64,000 nt of DNA from Casimicrobiaceae bacterium. GTDB lineage: Bacteria > Pseudomonadota > Gammaproteobacteria > Burkholderiales > Casimicrobiaceae. Positions 34,373 to 44,632 of this stretch are shown one piece after another. The stretch's first letter is position 1, and the number at the start of each line of letters is the position of its first letter. A program made the position numbers and the translations under genes. The notes beneath the pieces are model-generated. The model made no database searches, had not been told where the DNA came from, and worked only from the letters and a program-made list of their open reading frames with translations. Location: the NCBI GenBank assembly GCA_036379595.1, contig DASVGI010000084.1:2203-66202 (forward strand), given 5' to 3'.

Positions 34373-35482
34373 TCAGCCCGGCGCGGGGCGCATCGTCACG
34401 ACGAAGCTCCTGACGATGCTGTGGACGAGCCCCGCGAAGGTCGCGCCCCAGGCGAGGAGCGCGACCCAGACGAATGCGCGCGGGATCGGCAGCAGGAAGT
34501 CGAGTCCCATCGCGCGCGCCATTTCGAACGTGCACGCCGTGTACATGCCGAGCGGGAATACCGCGCCCCAGTACAGCGGATCGTAGGTCAGCGGGAAGCG
34601 CTTGTAGAGATGGCGCCACGCGCCGAGGAAAAGGAGCATCGGGATCCACCACGTTCCCGTCGCCCAGAAGAAGATCGTGAACCCCTTGAGAAAGGGGAGC
34701 ATCGTCTGCAGGAACCACGCGTCGGCCGCGTTCTCGATCAGTAATGAGCCGGCGAGCGTCGAGATCGCCATCGCGCCCATGTTGATCCAGTACGGAGGAG
34801 AGAGATCGCCCGGCAGGAACGTGAAGAACGTGTAGCGGTAGAAGATCAGCGAGATCATCCAGATGTACATCATCCCGCCCCACAGCCACATCGACAGCGC
34901 GATGAAATTGATGTGCAGGCGCATCGGCTGCGCAAAGTGCTCGGCGAGAAGCGCGCTCAGAACCGCAATCGATTGCGTGGCGACGACGGCGAGGAGCCAC
35001 GCCCCGGTGATGCCCTGGTCGATCGTCGGCTTCGATTCCTTGACCGTCAGGTTGGTGAAGATCACGTAGGTGAGGAGAATCCAGAGGACGACGTCGACGA
35101 TCCACAGCGCATAGGCAATGTCGTGCGCGCCGACGAGAAGGATGAGCTGGTTCGCGAGTATCCCGGTGCCGGCGACCAGCGTGAAGAAAGCCGGTCCCGA
35201 CCGATGGTCGGTCAAGTCGGCGACGAGCTCCCGTGGATAGCGAAGGATCCGCCATCCGGTGAGGAAGAGGAGCACGACGTACTGTCCGATGTTGAGCCAC
35301 AGCAGCGCGACGGCGATCGCGTGAAACCCGGCACGCTTCGCGGCAAGCGACACGATTCCCGTCGCCATGACGAGGCCGAAATATGCCGGCGACAGCGTAC
35401 GAACGCCGTCCGCGAGCCACGCGGCACGCGGCCCCGGCCGTCCGGCACTTCGCTGCGCGGCCGGGCGGATGCGCGTTCTCAA
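34373..35482 (-). CDS. TehA/TDT (SLAC1-like) family anion channel/transporter
   Basis: ORF 34373..35482 (369 aa, TTG start overlapping the upstream stop as TTGA). It has about 10 TM segments and looks like the tellurite-resistance/dicarboxylate transporter family. Confidence 0.75.
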   Translation of the reverse strand: MRTRIRPAAQRSAGRPGPRAAWLADGVRTLSPAYFGLVMATGIVSLAAKRAGFHAIAVALLWLNIGQYVVLLFLTGWRILRYPRELVADLTDHRSGPAFFTLVAGTGILANQLILLVGAHDIAYALWIVDVVLWILLTYVIFTNLTVKESKPTIDQGITGAWLLAVVATQSIAVLSALLAEHFAQPMRLHINFIALSMWLWGGMMYIWMISLIFYRYTFFTFLPGDLSPPYWINMGAMAISTLAGSLLIENAADAWFLQTMLPFLKGFTIFFWATGTWWIPMLLFLGAWRHLYKRFPLTYDPLYWGAVFPLGMYTACTFEMARAMGLDFLLPIPRAFVWVALLAWGATFAGLVHSIVRSFVVTMRPAPG

Positions 35483-36807
35483 AGACCGTACTGCTGACGC
35501 ACGAGGTGCGCGATGCCCATCCGCTCGAGAATCACCATCGGACAGAGGAACGTCACCCTTGCGACCCCCGGAAGCCGTGCGATCTCGATCGAGCCGGTGA
35601 TCGTTGCGCGGTTCAGGATCTCGTCGCAGGGCAGGCCGGTCACCCTTGCCGCACGGTCGAGGCCGTTCTTCGTCGCATCGTTGATCGTCGGGCCCGAGCC
35701 GATGAACGTGACCGGGCCACTTTCTTCGAGCTCGAACGAGCCGTAGCTTTGTGCAAGCGCCTTCGCCTTGTCGCGCAGCTCCGATGTGATCGGACGTGCG
35801 AGCGGCGGGAGATCCTCGAGCCGCTGCAGCAGGATCGGTCCATCGAGCGCGAGCCCCTTGATCACCTCGACCCCGAGCTCGACCTCGCCGGAAACGTCGG
35901 TCGTATGGACGGCAATCTCGCCGTTGCCCTGCTGCGCGTGGACATCGCCGATGTACACGCCGCCTCCTGGGACCTTGACCGGGCAGACGACAACCGCGCC
36001 GGCTCGGACCGAGTTCGCGTCCATGTGGCCGTCGGTCTTGTGCCGGTCGAGATCTTCCTGGCTCATCCCGTACTTGTGCGGCGCCTTGACGAGGAAAGCG
36101 CCGAAGTCACCGCAGTTGTGCGAATCGGGCAGGTCGCGCGACGGGGTCGTTCCGACGTTGCCGATGAACGGCTGCATCCGCGAAATCAATCCCGGGATGT
36201 CCGCCTGCGCGAAGGCGAGAATCGAATGCTGCTCGGACGCCGCCGGCAGCCGCGCGAAGCTCGACGGGTCGCGCGCGATGCGCTCGGCAATCTCCTTCGT
36301 CACCGTCACCGCCACCCGGTTTTCCTGGTCGAAGACGATCACGTAGCCGTTGGTCACGCGAAACGCGCTCACTTCCGCCCCACACGCGTCGCAGCGCACC
36401 GCCTGCTGCCCGATCCCCTCGAGGTGCGACGACGGGCTCGCCGCGCCGCACTTCGGGCAGACCTTCGCCACGAACGGATCGCCGACATAACGCCCGTCGA
36501 CCGCCTGCATGACGCCCGATGCCGTGGCGAGCGAAGTGACTTCGACGCGCCTGAGCTTCAGGGCGATCGCATCGCCGATCGCGGCGCCCGCGACGGCCAC
36601 CGGCGCGGTGACCTCGTGCCCGCCCTGGAACCTCGGCGTGATCATCGGCCCCCAGCAGCCCGGAGCGGTGCTCGCGACAATCGTGCCGCCGTCCCTGACC
36701 GGGCCCAGCATCGCCTGACCGGGACCGACGATACCCCGCGTGAACCGTTCGACGCGAACGACGTCCTGCGCGACTCGCGATGTCAGCTCGATGATCTCGG
36801 TGCTCAT
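35479..36807 (-). CDS. acetamidase/formamidase (FmdA/AmdA) family amidohydrolase with an inserted CxxC..CxxC segment
   Basis: ORF 35479..36939, with the start at MSTEIIE (ATG 36807, AGGAGG 7 nt upstream). The family-like motif is GDVHAQQGNGEIA. The insertion is VCPKCGAASPSSHLEGIGQQAVRCDACG. Confidence 0.75.
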   Translation of the reverse strand: MSTEIIELTSRVAQDVVRVERFTRGIVGPGQAMLGPVRDGGTIVASTAPGCWGPMITPRFQGGHEVTAPVAVAGAAIGDAIALKLRRVEVTSLATASGVMQAVDGRYVGDPFVAKVCPKCGAASPSSHLEGIGQQAVRCDACGAEVSAFRVTNGYVIVFDQENRVAVTVTKEIAERIARDPSSFARLPAASEQHSILAFAQADIPGLISRMQPFIGNVGTTPSRDLPDSHNCGDFGAFLVKAPHKYGMSQEDLDRHKTDGHMDANSVRAGAVVVCPVKVPGGGVYIGDVHAQQGNGEIAVHTTDVSGEVELGVEVIKGLALDGPILLQRLEDLPPLARPITSELRDKAKALAQSYGSFELEESGPVTFIGSGPTINDATKNGLDRAARVTGLPCDEILNRATITGSIEIARLPGVARVTFLCPMVILERMGIAHLVRQQYGL

Positions 36808-37012
36808 GGGCATCCCTCCTGTGACCGGATGGCGCAGCGCAGACATCGCTGCGGGACACACCGGATCCTCGCCGAATGCCACGCAAAGCCGCTTGACGCC
36901 AATCAAGGACGATCCATTCCGCGAACCTGACGCGGCCACCTGCCGGAGAACGCGCGGTGACCGCTTCCCGGTATTTATGCGATTCTTCTGCGAACCGACA
37001 AAGGGAGACGCG

Positions 37013-38311
37013 ATGACGCTGCCCGACGATCACCCGGAGCGCTTTCAGCTCGCGAACGAAGTGCATGCACGGCCGCACGAAGCGCTGCGCGCCCCCGAGC
37101 GCGCGTCGTACGTCGCGGTCATGCTCGCGCCGGGCGAGCGCGCGCGCGACCACGCGCACGTCGCGGCGCTCTGCGAGCGTTACGGCGTTGAGGCGCCGCG
37201 TGACGACGCCATTCACTTCGCCGCCACGCTCGGCGCGTTCCGCCTGCGCTGGGAGCGGCATACGGAGTTCTCGAGCTACGCGTTCTTCGTCGCCGGGCGC
37301 AACGCTCAGCCGTTTGCCGAGCCGGCGCTCAGCGCGGTGCCCGCCGACTGGCTTGCCGCGATTCCCGGCCGCACCGTAGCCGCGCTGCACGCCGAGCTCC
37401 TCGAGCGCAGCGCACCGATGCCCGGCGCCTCCGAGATCGCCGCCGCGTTCGACGGCAACTACGTCGTCGGCTCAGGGGTCGGCGACGGGGCGGGCGCTGT
37501 GTTCACCGATTTCCGCATTCACGCCGACGGCTGCGGCCGCGTCCTGGTCATCGATCGCGAGCTGTCGCGCTTCCAGGCCGGGCGCACGCTGCAGCGGCTG
37601 TTCGAGATCGAGACCTACCGGATGATGGCGCTTCTCGCGCTGCCCGTCGCACGCCGCATGGCCCCGCGGCTTCTCGAAATGGAGCACGAGCTCGCGCACG
37701 TCGCCGCGGCACTCGCCGAGCGCGGCGGCGGCGAGGCGCTGCTCGAGCAGCTCACCCACCTCGCCGCGAACGTCGAGAGCGCGATCGGCGAATCGCGCTA
37801 TCGCTTCGGCGCAACGCGCGCCTACCGCGACCTCGTCGAGAGCCGTATCGCCGAGCTGCGCGAGCGCCGGCTGCCCGGCACGCAGACCATTCGCGAGTTC
37901 ATGACGCGCCGCCTCGCGCCGGCGATCGCCACCTGCGAGTCCGCGGAGCGGCGCCTGCTCGAGCTCTCCGAGCGCGTCGCACGCGCGAGCAGCCTGCTCG
38001 CGACGCGCGTCGGCGTAGCGCGCGAGCGGCAGAACCAGGAGCTGCTCGCGTCGATGAACCGCCGCGCACGCCTGCAACTGCGCATGCAGGAGACCGTCGA
38101 GGGCCTCTCCGTCGCGGCAATCACCTACTACGTCGTCAACCTCGTCGGCTATGTCGCCAAGGCGCTCGAAGCCGCCGGGGTGCGGATCGAACCGACGATC
38201 GCGATCGGCATCGCGATTCCGGTGGTGGCAGCGCTCGTCGCGCTCGGCGTGCGCTACGTCCGCCGGCGGATCGCGCGCTCCGAGCTCGGTACGTCGCCGT
38301 TCGAGATCTGA
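37013..38311 (+). CDS. DUF3422-like membrane-anchored protein of unknown function
   Basis: Part of ORF 36740..38311, starting at MTLPDDHPERFQLANEVHARPHE (GGGAG RBS). It has a long soluble helical region and then two C-terminal TM helices (LSVAAITYYVVNLVGYV, IAIGIAIPVVAALVALGV). The family call is from memory of the N-terminal pattern. Confidence 0.65.
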   Translation: MTLPDDHPERFQLANEVHARPHEALRAPERASYVAVMLAPGERARDHAHVAALCERYGVEAPRDDAIHFAATLGAFRLRWERHTEFSSYAFFVAGRNAQPFAEPALSAVPADWLAAIPGRTVAALHAELLERSAPMPGASEIAAAFDGNYVVGSGVGDGAGAVFTDFRIHADGCGRVLVIDRELSRFQAGRTLQRLFEIETYRMMALLALPVARRMAPRLLEMEHELAHVAAALAERGGGEALLEQLTHLAANVESAIGESRYRFGATRAYRDLVESRIAELRERRLPGTQTIREFMTRRLAPAIATCESAERRLLELSERVARASSLLATRVGVARERQNQELLASMNRRARLQLRMQETVEGLSVAAITYYVVNLVGYVAKALEAAGVRIEPTIAIGIAIPVVAALVALGVRYVRRRIARSELGTSPFEI

Positions 38312-38489
38312 CGCGGGAATTGCCGACCGTGGAACGCCGCTACCGGCGCGCGAACGGGATCTCATGCGCGGGCCCTCCCAGGCATTGCAGGCTCCACCGG
38401 AAGCGTGCATGCTTGCCGCGGTAGTGCGGTGAGAGAGGGGGTCGCCGTAGACGCGGCCGGTGAAGCTATCCACTCACGGGGGACGCACA

Positions 38490-39278
38490 ATGGATCGGAC
38501 GCCAACATCGACGTTGCAAAGGCTGGCCGCGACTGCCGCGGCCATTGTCTTGACGGTCGCCGCCGGATCGGCCGCGGCCGAAAGCGGGACGGCAACATTC
38601 GAGGGCGCCGCGGTACGCATCGGCAAGGGTTCGGCGCATACGGCGGTCCGGACCGATGCCGCCGGCAAAGTGATTTCGATCGGGGTCGTTTTTACGGCCG
38701 GCATGCTCGACGGTTTGCCCAGGGCGGCCGAGGGCGCCGATCCTGATTTCCCGTATCAGCTCGGCATGCCCGAAAAGGGCCCGAAGACGGTTGTCGATCA
38801 CGTCGTCGTCAACTGGGAGTCGGCCGGACATCCGCCGCCCGGCGTCTACGACGTGCCTCACTTCGACTTCCACTTCTACCTCGTGAGCTCGGCCGAGCGG
38901 CTGAAAGTCCGATTCAAGAGCGAGAACGAGTCCGGCGATCCGAGCCAGCAGCCCCCGGCCGAGCTGCTGCCCGCCGGATACATGGTGCCTCCCGGCACCG
39001 CGGTGTCTGCGATGGGAGTGCATGCGATCAATCCGGCGTCACCCGAATTTCACGCGCACCCGTTTACCACGACCTTTATCTATGGCTACTACAACAAGCG
39101 GCTGACCTTCATCGAACCGATGGTGTCGCTGGCATACCTGCAATCCAAGCTGGCCTTCTCTGCTCCGATCGCGCGACCGGCGGTCTTCGAGAAGCGCGGG
39201 GCCTACCCATCGAGCTACCGCGTCGACTATGACGACGCCAGGAAGTCCTACGAGGTCTCCCTGGCAGACCTGCAGTAA
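38490..39278 (+). CDS. secreted hypothetical protein
   Basis: ORF 38460..39278, with the start at MDRTPTSTLQRLAATAAAIVLTVAAGSAAA (signal peptide). It has a distinctive VPHFDFHFYLV motif. I cannot make a confident family assignment. Confidence 0.6.
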   Translation: MDRTPTSTLQRLAATAAAIVLTVAAGSAAAESGTATFEGAAVRIGKGSAHTAVRTDAAGKVISIGVVFTAGMLDGLPRAAEGADPDFPYQLGMPEKGPKTVVDHVVVNWESAGHPPPGVYDVPHFDFHFYLVSSAERLKVRFKSENESGDPSQQPPAELLPAGYMVPPGTAVSAMGVHAINPASPEFHAHPFTTTFIYGYYNKRLTFIEPMVSLAYLQSKLAFSAPIARPAVFEKRGAYPSSYRVDYDDARKSYEVSLADLQ

Positions 39279-39295
39279 CGACCCGCGGTCGACCA

Positions 39296-40036
39296 TCACG
39301 CCGTACCCCGCGGGCCTCCCCGATGCATGAGGCTCAGGAATTCGCGTCGCAGCTCCGCGTTCTTCAGGAAAGCCCCCCGCATCACTGAGTTGGTCATCGA
39401 CGATCCGTCGTCCTTGACGCCGCGCCAGTGCATGCAGAAGTGGCTCGCTTCGATGACGACGGCGAGGCCATCTGGCTTGACGCGACGCTCGAGCTCGTCG
39501 GCGAGCATCGTGACCGCCTCCTCCTGGATCTGCGGGCGACTCATGATCCAGTCGCAGATCCGAGCGTATTTCGACAGCCCGATCAGGTCCGACGACGCGC
39601 TCGGCAGCACGCCGATCCAGACCCGGCCAAGGATCGGGCACAGGTGGTGCGAGCAGGCGCTCCTCACCCTGATCGGACCCACGATCATCAATTCGTCGAG
39701 GTGCGATACGTTCGGAAAGACGGTGACCGGCGGCGCAGGCTCGTAGCGGCCGCGGAACACTTCGTCGACGAACATCCTTGCCACGCGCGCCGCGGTGCCC
39801 GCCGTGTTGTGGTCGCTCGCGGTGTCGATGACGAGCGCGCGAAGGAGCTCCTGCACCCGGATCTCGACCTCGTGACGGAGCTCGTCGAGCTCGCCGTCCT
39901 CGATGAACGGCGAAATGTTGTCGTTGGCGTGGTGACGCTGCCGCGCCTCGATCAACCGATTGCGGATGCGCTCCGACACCGCCATACGAGCGGACAGTTG
40001 CGGCTTGAACGCGACTGCGGTCGCGGTGACGGACAT
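39296..40036 (-). CDS. folE: GTP cyclohydrolase I (FolE type 1)
   Basis: ORF 39296..40036 (246 aa). Motifs are TAARVARMFVDEVF, the zinc motif CSHHLCP, and EASHFCMHWRGV. Confidence 0.9.
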   Translation of the reverse strand: MSVTATAVAFKPQLSARMAVSERIRNRLIEARQRHHANDNISPFIEDGELDELRHEVEIRVQELLRALVIDTASDHNTAGTAARVARMFVDEVFRGRYEPAPPVTVFPNVSHLDELMIVGPIRVRSACSHHLCPILGRVWIGVLPSASSDLIGLSKYARICDWIMSRPQIQEEAVTMLADELERRVKPDGLAVVIEASHFCMHWRGVKDDGSSMTNSVMRGAFLKNAELRREFLSLMHRGGPRGTA

Positions 40037-40177
40037 GGCTCGACTCCTGATTGCGATTCAAGCCATTCGATGACGCGGTCGCCGCTGACGTTCCCGGACG
40101 ATCCTGCGGCGACAAGCGGTGCCCGGATACCGCAAACTTGCGGTGTTCCGGTGTTCGAACCCGCAGGAGACCCCGTC

Positions 40178-41377
40178 ATGCCCAGGTCAGCCATTCACCC
40201 ACGCCCCGCGTGGTACGACAAGAAGGTAGCGCTGGTGCTGCAGGGAGGCGGCGCGCTCGGCAGCTACCAGGCCGGCGTCTACGCGGCGCTCGCACAATCG
40301 CCGTACCTGCCAGACTGGGTGGCAGGCATCTCGATCGGTGCGATCAACGCCGCGCTCATCGCCGGCAATGCACCGGAAAGGCGCGTCGAACGGCTGAAGA
40401 TATTCTGGGAGCGCATCACCGAGCCGCCCGCGTTATGGTCGCTGTGGGTGGACGAGACGATCGCCACCTTTCTCGGCGACCATCGTCCGATCGGCGCCGC
40501 AAATGCGCTGATGTTCGGCCAGCCCGGATTCTTTCGCCCGCGCAGCGCGCCCGAATGGATCGCCGAACCACGCCCGACGAGTTTCTACGATACGTCCGCG
40601 CTGAAAAGCACGCTCGAGGAATTGATCGATTTCGACCGCATCAACGCGAAGGAAACGCGCTTCTCGGTCGGCGCGGTGAACGTCGGCACCGGCAACTTCG
40701 TCACGTTCGACAATGCCAATATCGCGATCCGGGTCGAGCACGTGATGGCGAGCGGCGCCCTGCCCCCCGGCTTCCCTTCAGTCGAGATCGACGGCAAGCA
40801 CTATTGGGACGGCGGCCTCGTCCTGAACACGCCTTCGTACCACGTGCTGACGACGGTTCCCCGCCGCTCGCGCATCACGTTCCAGGTCGATGTCTTTCCT
40901 GCGCGCGGGCCGCTGCCGACGAGCCTCGAAGAGGTGGCCGAGCGCACGAAGGACATTCGCTACAGCAGTCGCACACGCACGGTGACGAACATGCTCCGTC
41001 AGATGCACGACGTGCGGCACAACGTCAACTCGCTCCTCGAGAAGCTGCCGCCGGCATTGAGGAAGCTCCCGGAAGCGAAGTTCCTGTACGAGTTCGGCTG
41101 CGTCACGACGATGGACGTCGTGCACCTCGTCTACCGTCCGGAGCGACTGCAGGGACCGACGAAGGATTTCGAGTTCAGCCGCCGCACGATGCAGGAGCGC
41201 TGGGCGCAGGGATACGCGGATGCGATGACGACGCTCGCCGCCTCGCCGTGGCTCGCACCGGCGCCGCCCGAGGTCGGATTGCGCACGTTCGACGTCCTCG
41301 CCGGAGACGTGAATCCTGCGAAGCCGCCGATGCGCGATGGCGACCGTGCGGGTCTCGAAGGCAACGAAGGGAGGTGA
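40178..41377 (+). CDS. patatin-like phospholipase (with a DUF3734-like C-terminal region)
   Basis: Part of ORF 39428..41377, starting at MPRSAIHP (AGGAGA RBS). The oxyanion motif is LQGGGALGSYQAG, the nucleophile is GISIGA, and the Asp context is YWDGG. Confidence 0.85.
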   Translation: MPRSAIHPRPAWYDKKVALVLQGGGALGSYQAGVYAALAQSPYLPDWVAGISIGAINAALIAGNAPERRVERLKIFWERITEPPALWSLWVDETIATFLGDHRPIGAANALMFGQPGFFRPRSAPEWIAEPRPTSFYDTSALKSTLEELIDFDRINAKETRFSVGAVNVGTGNFVTFDNANIAIRVEHVMASGALPPGFPSVEIDGKHYWDGGLVLNTPSYHVLTTVPRRSRITFQVDVFPARGPLPTSLEEVAERTKDIRYSSRTRTVTNMLRQMHDVRHNVNSLLEKLPPALRKLPEAKFLYEFGCVTTMDVVHLVYRPERLQGPTKDFEFSRRTMQERWAQGYADAMTTLAASPWLAPAPPEVGLRTFDVLAGDVNPAKPPMRDGDRAGLEGNEGR

Positions 41378-41399
41378 CTTCCGGGAACGCCGGCGTGCC

Positions 41400-42992
41400 C
41401 TACTCCCACTCGATCGTCGCCGGCGGCTTGCTCGAGATGTCGTAGACGACGCGGTTGATGCCGCGCACTTCGTTGGTGATGCGGGTCGACACGCGCGCGA
41501 GAAGATCGTGCGGCAGTGCTGCCCAATGGGCGGTCATGAAGTCGGTGGTCTCCACTGCGCGCAGTGCGACGGCGTGCTCGTAGGTTCTGCCGTCGCCCAT
41601 CACGCCGACCGAGCGCACCGGCAGGAATACGACGAACGCCTGCGCGACGGCGTCGTACCACGACCGGCCCGAGGCGTCGGTCGCGGTGCGCAGTTCGTCG
41701 ATGAAGATCGCGTCGGCGCGGCGCAGCAGTTCGGCCCACTCGCGCTGCACCTCGCCGAGGATGCGCACACCGAGCCCCGGACCCGGAAACGGATGCCTGA
41801 ACACCATCCGCCGCGGCAGCCCGAGCGCCAGGCCGAGCTCGCGCACCTCGTCCTTGAAGAGCTCGCGCAGCGGCTCGAGGAGCGCGAGATGCAGCGTTTC
41901 AGGGAGTCCGCCGACGTTGTGGTGCGACTTGATCGTGTGCGCCTTCGTGCCCTTCGCCGACGCGGACTCGATGACGTCGGGGTAGATCGTCCCCTGCGCG
42001 AGCCACCTGACGCCGGTGAGCTTCGCCGCTTCGCGCTGAAACACTTCGACGAAGAGCCGCCCGATGGTCTTGCGCTTCGCCTCGGGGTCGCTGACCCCGG
42101 CAAGCGCCGCGAAGAACTCGGCGGCCGCATCGACGTGCACGACGCGTACGCCGAGATGCGACGCGAAGGTGTCCATCACCTCCTCGCCTTCGTTTTGCCG
42201 CAGGAGGCCATGGTCGACGAATACGCAGACGAGCCGATCGCCGATCGCGCGATAGATGAGCGCTGCTGCGACGGACGAGTCGACGCCGCCGGAGAGCCCG
42301 AGCAGCACTTCGTCGTCGCCGACGCGCTCGCGGATTGCCGCGATCGCCTCGGGCGCGTAGTCGCGCATGTCCCAGTCGGCGCCGCAGCCGCAGATCTCGT
42401 GCGCGAAGCGCGCGAGGATCGCCGCGCCCTGCAGCGTGTGCGCGACTTCCGGATGAAACTGCACGCCGTAATAGCGGCGCCGCTCGTCGGCCATTGCGGC
42501 GATCTCGGCGCCCGTCGACGAGCCGGCAACGACAAACCCCGGCGGCAGTGCGACGACCTTGTCGCCGTGGCTCATCCACACGTCGAGGAGGCCGTGCCCT
42601 TCGGCATTGCGCCGGTCTTCGAGGCCGCGCAGCAGTGTGGTGTGGCCGCGTGCGCGGACCTCGGCGTGGCCGAACTCGCGCACGTGCCCGCCTTCGACGC
42701 GCCCGCCGAGCTCGACCGCCATCGTCTGCATGCCGTAGCAGATGCCGAGCACCGGCACGCCCGCCTCCCACACCGCCGACGGCGCGCGCGGCGATGCGCT
42801 CGCAGTCACGCTCTCGGGCCCGCCGGAGAGCACGATCCCGCGCGCACCGAACGAGCGGACGAAGTCGTCGCCGACGTCGAACGGATGGATCTCGCAGTAG
42901 ACGTGGCTCTCGCGCAACCGGCGCGCGATGAGTTGCGTGTACTGCGCGCCGAAATCGAGGATCAGGATCCTCGCGTGGGAGGGAGCGGCCAC
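41400..42992 (-). CDS. guaA: GMP synthase (glutamine-hydrolysing)
   Basis: ORF 41400..42992 (530 aa). It has a GATase domain ([24 protein letters not shown]), the ATP-PPase motif GLSGGVDSS and the C-terminal IEWE. Confidence 0.95.
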   Translation of the reverse strand: MAAPSHARILILDFGAQYTQLIARRLRESHVYCEIHPFDVGDDFVRSFGARGIVLSGGPESVTASASPRAPSAVWEAGVPVLGICYGMQTMAVELGGRVEGGHVREFGHAEVRARGHTTLLRGLEDRRNAEGHGLLDVWMSHGDKVVALPPGFVVAGSSTGAEIAAMADERRRYYGVQFHPEVAHTLQGAAILARFAHEICGCGADWDMRDYAPEAIAAIRERVGDDEVLLGLSGGVDSSVAAALIYRAIGDRLVCVFVDHGLLRQNEGEEVMDTFASHLGVRVVHVDAAAEFFAALAGVSDPEAKRKTIGRLFVEVFQREAAKLTGVRWLAQGTIYPDVIESASAKGTKAHTIKSHHNVGGLPETLHLALLEPLRELFKDEVRELGLALGLPRRMVFRHPFPGPGLGVRILGEVQREWAELLRRADAIFIDELRTATDASGRSWYDAVAQAFVVFLPVRSVGVMGDGRTYEHAVALRAVETTDFMTAHWAALPHDLLARVSTRITNEVRGINRVVYDISSKPPATIEWE

Positions 42993-42995
42993 CGG

Positions 42996-44462
42996 CTACT
43001 CGACGCGATAGTTCGGCGCTTCCTTGACGATCTGCACGTCGTGCACGTGCGATTCGCGCACGCCGGCGAAGGTGATCTCGACGAATTCGCCGCGCGACGA
43101 GAGCTCGTCGATCGTCGCGCAGCCGCAGTAGCCCATCGCCGCGCGCAACCCGCCCATCAGCTGTCCGATCACCGACGCGAGCGCGCCCTTGTACGGAACG
43201 CGCCCCTCGATGCCCTCGGGAACGAGCTTCTCGGCGGCGCCCTCGCCTTCGGCGTCCTGGAAATAGCGGTCGGCGCTGCCCTGCTGCATCGCGCCGAGCG
43301 AGCCCATGCCGCGGTAGCTCTTGTACGAGCGACCCTGGTAGAGCTCGGTGTCGCCGGGGGATTCCTCGGTGCCGGCGAAGAGGCTCCCCAGCATGACCGC
43401 CGCGGCGCCGGCAGCGATCGCCTTGGCGATGTCGCCCGAGTAGCGGATGCCGCCGTCGGCGATCACCGGAACGTCGCGGCCGGCGACACCGGCGACCGCG
43501 TCCTGGATCGCCGAGATCTGCGGCACGCCGACGCCGGCGACGATGCGCGTCGTGCAGATCGAGCCCGGGCCGATGCCGACCTTGACCGCGTCGGCGCCGT
43601 GATCGGCGAGCGCCTGCGCGCCCGCCGCGGTGGCGACGTTGCCGCCGATCACCTGCACCTGCGGATGCTTCCGCTTGATCGAGCTGACCTGCTCCAGCAC
43701 GCCCTGCGAGTGACCGTGCGAGGTATCGACGACGATGACGTCGGCGCCCGCCGCGACCAGCGCCGCGACGCGCTCGTCGGTATCGGCGCCGGTCCCGACC
43801 GCGGCGCCCGCGCGCAATCGGCCGTGCTCGTCCTTGCACGCACGCGGGTGCTCGGTCGACTTCAGGATGTCCTTCACGGTGATGAGACCGCGCAGCTCGC
43901 GCGCCGCGTTGACGACGAGCACGCGCTCGAGGCGATGGCGATGCATCAGCTCCTTCGCCGCTTCGAGCTCGGTCCCCTCGGGAACCGTCACCAGCCTCTC
44001 ACCGGGAGTCATGATCGCGGACACCGGCTGGTCGAGGTTGGTCTCGAAGCGCAGATCGCGGTTGGTGACGATGCCGACGACGCGCTTGCCTTCGAGAACC
44101 GGCAGGCCGGAGATCCGGTGCTGGCGCGTCAGCGCGAGCACTTCGCGCACCGACATCGAAGGCGGAATCGAGATCGGATCCTTGACGACGCCGCTCTCGA
44201 AACGCTTGACCTTGGCGACCTCGGCGGCCTGCCGCGCGGGCGTCATGTTCTTGTGAATGATCCCGAGGCCGCCCTCCTGGGCGATCGCGATCGCGAGGCG
44301 CGCGTCGGTGACGGTGTCCATCGCTGCCGACAGCAGCGGGACATTCAGCGTGATCTGGCGCGTGAGACGGGTGACGAGCGAAACGTCGCGGGGAACGACG
44401 GTGGAGTGGGCGGGAACAAGGAGTACGTCGTCGAACGTCAACGCCTTGCGGACGACACGCAT
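42996..44462 (-). CDS. guaB: IMP dehydrogenase
   Basis: Part of ORF 42996..44672, starting at [17 protein letters not shown]. It has a CBS pair and the catalytic loop [11 protein letters not shown]. Confidence 0.95.
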   Translation of the reverse strand: MRVVRKALTFDDVLLVPAHSTVVPRDVSLVTRLTRQITLNVPLLSAAMDTVTDARLAIAIAQEGGLGIIHKNMTPARQAAEVAKVKRFESGVVKDPISIPPSMSVREVLALTRQHRISGLPVLEGKRVVGIVTNRDLRFETNLDQPVSAIMTPGERLVTVPEGTELEAAKELMHRHRLERVLVVNAARELRGLITVKDILKSTEHPRACKDEHGRLRAGAAVGTGADTDERVAALVAAGADVIVVDTSHGHSQGVLEQVSSIKRKHPQVQVIGGNVATAAGAQALADHGADAVKVGIGPGSICTTRIVAGVGVPQISAIQDAVAGVAGRDVPVIADGGIRYSGDIAKAIAAGAAAVMLGSLFAGTEESPGDTELYQGRSYKSYRGMGSLGAMQQGSADRYFQDAEGEGAAEKLVPEGIEGRVPYKGALASVIGQLMGGLRAAMGYCGCATIDELSSRGEFVEITFAGVRESHVHDVQIVKEAPNYRVE

Positions 44463-44632
44463 CGATTCCTCCTGGGCGCAAAGAGCGATTATACCGGGGT
44501 GCCGGATGACGTCTCGCCGTGACGCGTCAGCGACACTGCGGCGCCCGTTCCCGCCGTTCAGCCGTTCACCGGGTTGACGCGAGGCCAGGCGTGGAGGTAC
44601 CTTGCCAATGTCATAAAACATGGGGCAATCCG

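Noticed and set aside
40178-41377. The patatin-like phospholipase could be a CBASS or other anti-phage effector, or part of a system with the divergent folE.
   Set aside because: No cyclase/nucleotidyltransferase, sensor or other defence partner is adjacent. The C-terminal region resembles the common housekeeping-type DUF3734 patatins. folE is divergently transcribed with its own 141-nt upstream region, and I know of no functional link.
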